Both the position numbers and the translations under genes were made by a program. 64,000 bases of DNA. It comes from Tubulanus polymorphus (lineage: Eukaryota > Animalia > Nemertea). Below the pieces are notes generated by a model. That model was not told the DNA's origin. It saw only the letters and a list, made by a program, of their open reading frames with translations, and searched no databases. Shown here one piece after another: positions 55,574-64,000 of this stretch; the stretch's first letter is position 1, and every line of letters begins with the position of its first letter. Location: NCBI RefSeq assembly GCF_964204645.1, contig NC_134026.1:10625950-10689949 (forward strand), given 5' to 3'.

Positions 55574-56135
55574 ACTGCGGCAAATCGTGATCAGGCCAGC
55601 CGTAGGCATACGTATCTAAGATATCGGGAATTTTACGTCTGGCCCGGAATCAGCCACCATAGAATTATCAGTGTTTTAAAGACTTTAAAATGCATATCCT
55701 TTGCTTGAAATAATCATTAACCAACAAAATCCAATAATAGTAAAATAGTAAAATCTCAAATTGGAAAGGATGTTGTATAAACGTTAGTTGTTGCGATTCT
55801 TGTATTATGAAATTTTGGTGAAATAAAACACAAGCTTGATCGAGGTAAGATTTTTCAAATTTCGACCCAAGCGATGAAAAATGTTTCTCACGATCTGATA
55901 TATCTTCTCATTCAAGAGCGGCGTGGCCCCATTGTTTATCGATGGTTCAGGAGCACGTGCTTTCTGTTTACAAATATATTCTACGTCAGAGGAAACCTCG
56001 AACGCTGAGGGACCTGAAATATCCCTGACCGCGACGGAGAAAGTTGGAACGAATTTGAAAGGATTGTTACTTTTTCTTTGAAATGAAAAGCAATATGGCG
56101 TGGACTTAATTAATATTAATGGTCAACACTAACAA

Positions 56136-56172
56136 ATGAAACTCTTAAAGCCGAGTTGGGTCACCCATGATG
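56136..56172 (+). CDS. HIRA: HIRA (histone H3.3 chaperone, WD40) coding exon 1
   Basis: Encodes MKLLKPSWVTHD(G), followed by donor GTAAGT. Matches the conserved HIRA N-terminus MKLLKPxWVxHxG. Confidence 0.95.
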
Positions 56173-56417
56173 GTAAGTTGTTGACTTGCTTTGTTTGGTT
56201 TATCGCGTTGTGGATGGAAAGACCGAAAGGACAAGAAGAGATGAATTGAATTTGATTTGTAATTTGTTGTATCGCTGGGCTTTTTTGTTGTCGTTGATTG
56301 AGTGATACAAAGGCACTACTCGTCGATGAGCTTGGGATAATCAGTTCCTGGGGTTACTGGGGTTATTGATAATGTATATATGTGGGTTGAGTAATTATAA
56401 CGCAATGAGAAAAATGT

Positions 56418-57903
56418 CGGCGCCATTGCACTTTCGTACCCCCCTCCCAAAACTTTTTATTTCAGCATATTTATTATCAGGGAGGTCTATAGTTAGTTAC
56501 CTAATCGTTGGTGGTAAGCTTTTTATAATCGGATGGGCTTATACCAACGTTAGGGATGACAAGGACCAAAACACGGTTGAAAAAAGTAACACTTCAAAAA
56601 TATACTTTCTATTCACTTCAGTCCACAATTAATGGCTTAATTCACTAGGCCTAACTAACACAGGTACCTTTCGAAATAATCCAATTTTATGTATGTTTCG
56701 AGTGGTTAATCAACATTATTTTGAGAAATTAATTAATTTCTCCACCAATTTCGCCATTGGCCGCCATTTCTCTGTATTGCACATGTGGCATGATAAGACA
56801 AGGGGACCTACAAGGATTTATATAAAACTTTCATGACGAAACGACAATTTTTATTTTTGATGGTTTTCCAACTTTTATTTCAAATCTTTGTGTTTTCCAT
56901 AACAAATAATGAAATATTAAATTTCTGGTAGGCCTAAAAGAAAAATGTAAATAAGTATTGATTTCTTAATTTTTTTAAATTTCGTCGTTTCGCTTCGTTA
57001 GTTTGTGCTGTTGTCCTCGCCTCAGTCCATAGGTGCCAGCACCTCCAGTGATTTTCAAAATGGCAGCTGTTGACTGGACGGAAATTTACTCTCACTTTAC
57101 GGCCGATTTGCACATGGATTAAGATCGTCAGGTGAGGTGTTATAGGTATCAGACAAACTACGAATCTGTTGTGCGTCGATTACAACAAAAATTAGACAGA
57201 TATCTTAAGAGACAATGAAATGCCAGGAAAATTACTCGTCAGTCAAATTGGCTGACGAAGATTTCATACAAAAATGACCTTCCCATTCCTGACTGTGGTT
57301 TGTGAAAATATCCGATTGTGAAACTAAACCACAGACAGGTTACTGACTAGGAGGTCTAGGGATTCAAAATCAGTGACTTTAGACCCAAAAAACTTACTTT
57401 TTCTAGGTTAAGATTTTGTTATTTTGGGCCCTAAATCGCGTGTAAATTCGCCGATTCGAGACGCCAACAACGCCATATTGGATGTCAATCAAAGTTTCTA
57501 ACCCTCCACTGAAATGTCATGACGTAAAAACTTTGCAAAAACCATGTTTTCAAACATAACCATCTTTGAAAATGACGCGTATGTTTGCATTATTTCCATA
57601 CTTAGCTATTGATTTAAAGATGTTCTGATGAAGAAAAGTCATGCCCAAAAACAAAATTTTGTCAATTCAATGAAATTTATTGACATATTTATTCAGATGT
57701 TTTAGGTGGTAATTAGTGCGGAAACATGGCCGACCCGTCGGTTTGAATCGAGGAAATCGGCCCCAAATTATCAGAATTTTGGCTTGGAAAAAAATTTTTT
57801 TAGTCCAAATATATTTATTTTGACTCTACAGACCTCCCTGATTAATAATAATATACAGAAATAAAAATTTTTGGGAGGGGGGTACGAATGTGCAATAGCA
57901 CCG
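56418..57903. mobile_element. 1486-bp non-autonomous TIR DNA transposon with 6-bp TSD, in HIRA intron 1
   Basis: ~46-bp TIRs: CGGCGCCATTGCACTTTCGTACCCCCCTCCCAAAACTTTTTATTTC and GAAATAAAAATTTTTGGGAGGGGGGTACGAATGTGCAATAGCACCG. AAATGT flanks both sides (56412-56417, 57904-57909). Confidence 0.88.
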
Positions 57904-58077
57904 AAATGTCTTGCTGCTCTGGGCTTAGTCTACTAGTACCTAGCCGTCATTCTACAAACAACGTCCATGGTGAAAGTGCTCATATAGGCCTAAGGTTAAT
58001 TTTCGTCCCTCATCTCATTTTGAGGGACGAGGCTTTGAGCGTCTATTTCACCCCTTAAAACACCATCAACTTACCTC

Positions 58078-58654
58078 TGACCTTTTTAGTGCCCAAAAAT
58101 GTCCAAATTGGCCCGAATTCTGAGTCCTGTAGCTTCCTACTGGTTTGCCATTTCCAATTCGTGATGGGTGTTCTTTGAAAAAAGATCTTTTATACCCGAG
58201 ACAGGTATTCTTGATAAGCCAATTATGAAGCGATTGGCGGCCATCTATGTGTCATCAGTACTCATTCGTAGGTGGGAAAAAGTTTTTCGACATTATATTG
58301 ATACCTAAGCATATTGTGTTACTACAATCAATTGGAAAGTTGTAGCTCATAACATGTTCTATGATTTTGGTGAGTTTTCAGGTCATTGGTTTTTTTATAT
58401 GGCCACCAGGGGGTGCTGAATAATACAATAACTTAGTATTTCTGTATTATATCCATATTAGATTGGTAACGTGGCATATTTTGTTATCACAATCAATTAC
58501 AAAATCGTAGCTGCTGAAATGTTCTATGATTGTGGTGGGCTTCAAGGTCATTGGTTTTTGTATATATGTCCAGGGGCGTTGAATATTGAAATTGTTAGAT
58601 TGTTGAGCATTTGAAACCACTTCCCAAGTGGGCATGGTGTCCCTGGACCCCTAG
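58078..58654 (-). mobile_element. Dispersed, diverged, partial copy of the HINE-like element (about 2 internal repeats), in HIRA intron 1
   Basis: Ends ...CCCAAGTGGGCATGGTGTCCCTGGACCCCTAG, the reverse complement of the element's 5' end. The body is also homologous (GACCTTTTTAGTGCCCAAAAATGTC, CATTCGTAGGTGGGAAAAAGTT). Confidence 0.85.
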
Positions 58655-59690
58655 TTTTCAGTCAATATCTGTTTTTAAGTCTCCTCTATTGCTGATTATC
58701 CTCTCCTCTGGCTAAATTCAAATGTTTCTGGTGGTTTTGTAAAATCTGGGGTCAAAAAGAACCCCAAAATTTCGAAATATATTTATCATCTTGGACCTAT
58801 CGACCCCCGATATCATTACGAAGCCCATAACTAACAAATATCTGGATTGCTGCTGGGTTAATGATTCTAGGTAAAAGAAGCTGATAAAACCAATTTCATT
58901 TTGAAGTATTGAGTCCATGTTTCAAGAAAATACCAATGACAGCAAGTTCACTGTGCATGGGGCCAGATTGCAGCCCATAGAGATCCCGGGCTATGGGGGA
59001 CGGGTGTTTATTCAAGGCAAAAAGAAGTGAGCAAAACCAAGTTTATCTTTAAAGCACTGGGTCCATATTTCGAGAAAATACTAATGATAGCGAATAACAC
59101 AATGGAGCCCTGAGGCCTATTAATGGCTGCTGTCTGGGCCCGGGTACATTGAAGACCATGCTGTCATTTGTATTTTTTTCATGTCATATTGTCAATTGAT
59201 ATGAAATTGATTCCAACCATTTTTCTCCTTGATTAAAAGTAAAAGGGACCCCCCCAAAAACATACTGTCTAGGCTGGGGCACAATAACTCTAATGCTTGA
59301 ATGAATCCATTATTCAGAGGTTCGCATTCAAGGGCTTTGTGCACACTTTTTCACCTGACAGCAATCCAGGTATTTTTTAGTTATGGGCTTCATATTGATC
59401 TCAAGACCTCATACTTTGTGTCTCTTCCATTGATTAAAGTGTCCCTTGCTCCTGGTCTAATACGCCTAGGCTTAGGCGCCTATGGATAAGGGGTAAACAC
59501 TCAAGTGCTAGGGATTCAGTTTCAAGTAAAAATTTAGATTTCAAAATCTGTTTGTCACTGTTGTAAAATCATTTACTGAATCCAAATTTGTGCTTTTCTT
59601 GCGACGCATTGGATCAGAAACGTCTTAATTGCCATGAAGAAAAGACTACCTTGCTAACCTAGTTTGTTTCATGATTTTGTCTTTTTCTAG

Positions 59691-59753
59691 GGAAGCCAAT
59701 ATTTTCTGTTGATATCCATCCTGATGGAACCCGATTTGCTACCGGCGGCCAAG
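59691..59753 (+). CDS. HIRA: HIRA coding exon 2
   Basis: TTTTTCTAG acceptor, (G)KPIFSVDIHPDGTRFATGGQ(G), GTAATT donor; phase consistent with exon 1. Confidence 0.96.
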
Positions 59754-59849
59754 GTAATTCATTTAAGCTATTGCTAGAATTTTATAAGATATGTTTATCC
59801 ATCTTAATGATTTATCTGCCATCTTTCATTACAAACTTGCTTATAAATA

Positions 59850-61036
59850 GAAACAAGAAAATTAATTTTAGAAAATTATTTGACGCCTGCGAAAAAAATG
59901 TAGAATTTTTGGGCTAAGCTTATGTGGAATTGCAAATTTGAAATCGAAGTTTTAAGAAATTTGGGGAATGATGGGATTTGGCGATTGGGTAGATGATACA
60001 GGTCTTCGACTCTAGTAGTGGTTTAAATTTTTTTATTGAAAATTCTCAATAATTGATCGCGAACTTGTGACCGACTTCATTTACTTAGGTCTCTAAGCTG
60101 GTCTGCAACTTCATTGCCTCCATGGTTGAAGAAAGAGCTCTTCTGATGTCTGCTTCATCATGACTTCGAGCATATCGTGTGGCCTAGCCAGCCGGCCCGG
60201 TCCCCGGGCCCGGGCCACGGGTTTGGCTGTCACTCGATATCCTAGAGTCTTGAGTCTGGGTGGGTTGAAGAAGACATTGTCATTTAAAATAACATGCTTA
60301 TGTTGTTCTGTATGAATTACCCGTGTGTCATGTATGTTGTATCAATTTATTTTAAAATTTGTATTTATTGAATTTGGGAATTTCAATGTAATAAGGATCA
60401 ATAAAGAATTGAATTGAATTGTCACCTAATACACATGCCATCAGATGACGCGGAGCCGTATATGACAGCTATGCTATTATAAATTGCTAATCTCACGCTC
60501 CTAATCTAATATTCCTAATATCAAACATATTTTCTAAAACGTTTGAATATTGAAATTATATGTTTACACATTTCCATATTGACCGCTTGTAGCCGCTGAT
60601 GAAATTCACGCCGGCCCTACACACATCGTAGATAGCTTCGTCATTCCACCGGCATGCCCACGTCAGGGTCTGACTTTTATATCAGACTTCCAAATCGTGT
60701 ATACATCCGCCATTTAACCGAATAATCCGATTTACTTATCATTTCTATTTATGCCTGCCGCTTCTGATATAATCATACATCCTTTACTATTACAATACGT
60801 CTTCTAATGATATTAAATGCAATATAACATTTCGACGTTCAAATATAGGTCATTATATAATCACAGGAAGCCATTCTACATCTACGTCAATAATATTTTG
60901 CCAGATAGCTTGTTTGTGTACACATAGACCTGTGACGTTTTGCACATCGATTTACGGCTGTCGTTTGTAAAATGACGCTGAATGGTTAACATTGTTTAGG
61001 TTTCATAATGGTAACGTTTTATAAGGCGTCAAAAAA
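59850..61036 (+). mobile_element. Non-autonomous interspersed repeat in HIRA intron 2; inverted partner of 51192-52493
   Basis: Begins AAACAAGAAAATTAATTTT...TTTGACGCCTGCG; shared homology ends at AAGGCGTCAAAAAA. The element may extend further right. Confidence 0.8.
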
Positions 61037-61389
61037 TGGCCTTTTTAATTTCTGCAGTTAAAAACCTTTGCATTTAAATTTGATAGCAATAATTTTCAAA
61101 TCCACAGTCATGATACTCGGCGGCGTCAAGAATTATAGACACTTTCTTACAATAGTCAAAGAAGAAAATTTTCAGTATATCCGGCCCTTTACTTAGGAAT
61201 AACATCAGCCCCAATCTAAAAAATCTGGAAAATTCAAAACTGTTTCTGAGAAATTATAGAAAAAAAACTTTGCTCTGAATGATTACATTATATAGGTATC
61301 CTCAAATTCGAACTGAAATTATAATTAGGCCTATATGAAAAGTATGCATTTGATCATTGAAGAATTGCAGAAAACAACTGGCTTATTAA

Positions 61390-61866
61390 CCCATTAGCAC
61401 TCAAGCCACCCGTATCCGTCCTGCCTATTACTCCACAAGCCGCACGAATTCGCCCCGGCACTTTTTTCGTATGCTGCACGAAAATGGTTATAGTGGGATT
61501 GCAACCCGATAGTTTATGATAAACTAGACACCTATGTCCTCGAAATACCGTACAGAAATCAACATCCTCCAATTTCAATTTCTCGAGTATTTCGAGCACG
61601 AATATGACACATCTGAGCGCTCACTTCAAATCCAAGTAAGTTTGGATGAATTTGGGGTGCTAAGAGGACAAGATTTTGGTGGCCCACCCCATCAAATCTT
61701 ATATCATATGAAAGCCTTGACTATTTACTACAAAAAAACGCAAACTTGTAATACATGGAAATAAACAGCAAATGAGCTATTCAGTATCGTGATGAACTTG
61801 GATTTTACCTTGAATTTTCTGAGGAGTAATTGACACTACCTAGTGAAATTCCCGAGTGCTAATGGG
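61390..61866. mobile_element. piggyBac-like MITE (477 bp)
   Basis: TTAA|CCCATTAGCACTC ... GAGTGCTAATGGG|TTAA: 13-bp perfect TIR with CCC termini and TTAA TSD. Confidence 0.88.
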
Positions 61867-62459
61867 TTAAATGATTACATTACATGATTATCTCCTAATC
61901 AAACTGCTATCATAGTCCATGTTTGTGCATTTTTGTGTGTTGAAGGTTAAGTGTGAGTGTGTTTTTTTATTGCTATTCTTTTTTTTATTCTTCAACTTTT
62001 TCTTTTGAGGGACCTGTTTTATATGAACTACCTCTTAGTTTCTACAGACCCCTCCTAGTCTAATAAAATAAAGCGTTCATTCATTCACTCGATAATCTAA
62101 TTTGAATGAAAATTTTGTTTTTATCAATATTTTATATATGTTAGTGTTCAATAATTGACTTGTTTTCATAATCTAAATGTTGATCTGTTTACTGAAATTT
62201 TCAGTTAGGTCAAATAATCAAATTTTAAGTTTAATTTCATTTTAATTTTTTATATTAAGCTAAAGTTCGAAATTGTGTTTTTACGTCCTTTTCAAATTTA
62301 TTTACTTACAGTTCGATACTCTTCTAAATGTATTTGATTTATAATCTCTGATGACTCAGTTCTCCATTTGTGTGTCAATCGAGTTATATTTATATACATG
62401 CCTATCAGTTGACATTTTGACACTCTATATATAATCCATAAAAACGATGGAAATTTCAG

Positions 62460-62570
62460 GTGAAGATTCCGGGCGTGTCGTCATCTGGAACATGGGGCCT
62501 GTTAAAAGTGAGAAAGAGGAACGGAATGAAAAGATCCCTAAACTTCTGTGCCAAATGAATAATCATTTAG
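62460..62570 (+). CDS. HIRA: HIRA coding exon 3 (gene continues beyond the window)
   Basis: TTTCAG acceptor, (G)EDSGRVVIWNMGPVKSEKEERNEKIPKLLCQMNNHL, GTAGGC donor. Matches HIRA DSGKVVIWNM...PKMLCQMDNHL. Confidence 0.96.
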
Positions 62571-63032
62571 GTAGGCTTTTATGATTTATTCCTTACAAAG
62601 TTGCCACTTCTCTGGAATACCGGAACTTTTTAGTAGCTAATTTGGGAATCCTATTATCTGTGTATTGAGGAAAATTTGAGCTGCTATCAAAATAAACTCA
62701 TAAATAAGCACAGTGCCTTTGTTGTTTGCCATTCTCTTGTAACCCGCTGGTTGTTGTATCGGCAGGCTGGCTGGCTGGGGAACTAGCATTTACACCAGCG
62801 GTACAGGATTCCATCCATCAGGAACAACAAGGCAGTTAAACCTTATATGTACAATCTTTATTGCATCCCGGAATGAGAATGATTGTCATAGCTTTACATA
62901 CAGAATCATGAGTATAATGTGAGAACTAGATGAGCACTGACTATAGCTAATTATCGTGAAAACATGTTGAGTAATGTCACATGTTGATTACGACCTTAAA
63001 GCACATATTGACACTATAGTCATAAGTTATAT

Positions 63033-63034
63033 TA

Positions 63035-63063
<29 letters not shown>
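63033..63063. repeat. (TTA)n microsatellite
   Basis: About 10 tandem TTA units are visible. Confidence 0.9.
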
Positions 63064-63065
<2 letters not shown>

Positions 63066-64000
63066 AGTTAGTAGAGCTATGAAATATTATGAACTGTTCG
63101 ATATGACATTGTAGATCTATATGATTATGAAATATGCAAATCATATCAGGGTGACAGATGCCCCCTTGTCCAATTAAATTTGGTCCTCCAAATTTGCGGA
63201 AAACGCAGATGGTATAAGTTCATTAAAACTCGTTCCACTGCGAGAACGTATAATGAGTTTCACTGCGCGAAAATGTGCAAACGCTGGACAGTAACATCCG
63301 GATTATTAGTCATTCACGAAAGAGTCACATGTTGTCGTTATATACGGTCAATACGATGATACGTTAACTGTAATTATCTGCAAAGGATCCCCGAATTCTG
63401 GCTGATTCTGCGACGAAGGAACAGAAGTAACGACGTGCTGTGTAGTTATAGCGACCTGAAGTCCAGTTGGTGATTGCAAGTAGTACTGAAATGCATTTCT
63501 CCGTTTTGAAGATCTTCCGATTACTGACTGGAAATAACTTCATTACACAATGATAGTAACGTGCAACATCCGACATCAGAGCAGTGGTCATGCAATGACA
63601 CAACACAAATACAGTTACCCTTGTCAACCAAAAGAAAAAAAACTGATCATTATCCAAAAAGTGGTCAGAAGTAAATAAAGAATAACCATAGTAATTGAGT
63701 AAAGATGACACCATCAGCATAATTGAACTGTATTAACACCTATCCTCGCAGTCTCAATTAATCCACGTTATATTATATCATTGATAAATTCATACCGTAC
63801 TGTACACTCATCTCAGTTAAGCCTCGTATTAGATTTACAATGACGTTATTTGCGTGTTTTCTACGAAAGATTTCATGCACTCTACTTAAAATGACTAGTA
63901 TATATTAATTGAACGTATGAACTATCCGATCTTCGAACCGTTCAGGGCGTAAATAAACTGAAAATATACGTACGAGTAATAAGCTGATCAATTCATCACT

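Noticed and set aside
55935-55990. E-box AGCACGTGCT, DRE-like TATCGAT and TACGTCA upstream of HIRA
   Set aside because: Short motifs expected by chance, and the transcription start is unknown, so not reported as regulatory features.
63364-63720. 118-aa minus-strand ORF in HIRA intron 3
   Set aside because: No recognisable motif or supporting splice structure; HIRA exon 4 (expected CVNCVRWS-like) was not found in the window.

Overview
This is eukaryotic, intron-containing animal DNA; the repeat families suggest a marine invertebrate, possibly a lophotrochozoan (inference). 1-42.2 kb: a 31-bp satellite (consensus AAAACCAAAATAATGAATTGTCGCGGGCGAC) organised into a 4.7-6.0 kb higher-order repeat. 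Each unit has satellite, a CCATA-ending transposon-like terminus, a ~1.3 kb spacer with a LINE RT relic, a short satellite block, and a Helentron/HINE-like element with internal ~154-bp repeats. Almost all ORFs in the supplied track here are satellite artefacts. 42.2-44.2 kb: a very AT-rich island with decayed, packed minus-strand ORFs (two zinc-finger-like), iteron-like repeats and fold-back hairpins at both ends, possibly a virus/Polinton-like relic. 44.4-48 kb: an SGNH-hydrolase relic and a decayed two-ORF LINE. 48.6-49.7 kb: a GT11 alpha-1,2-fucosyltransferase coding exon. 56.1-62.6 kb: the first three coding exons of HIRA, with introns and upstream DNA full of non-autonomous DNA transposons. 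No CRISPR array, tRNA or rRNA could be supported.
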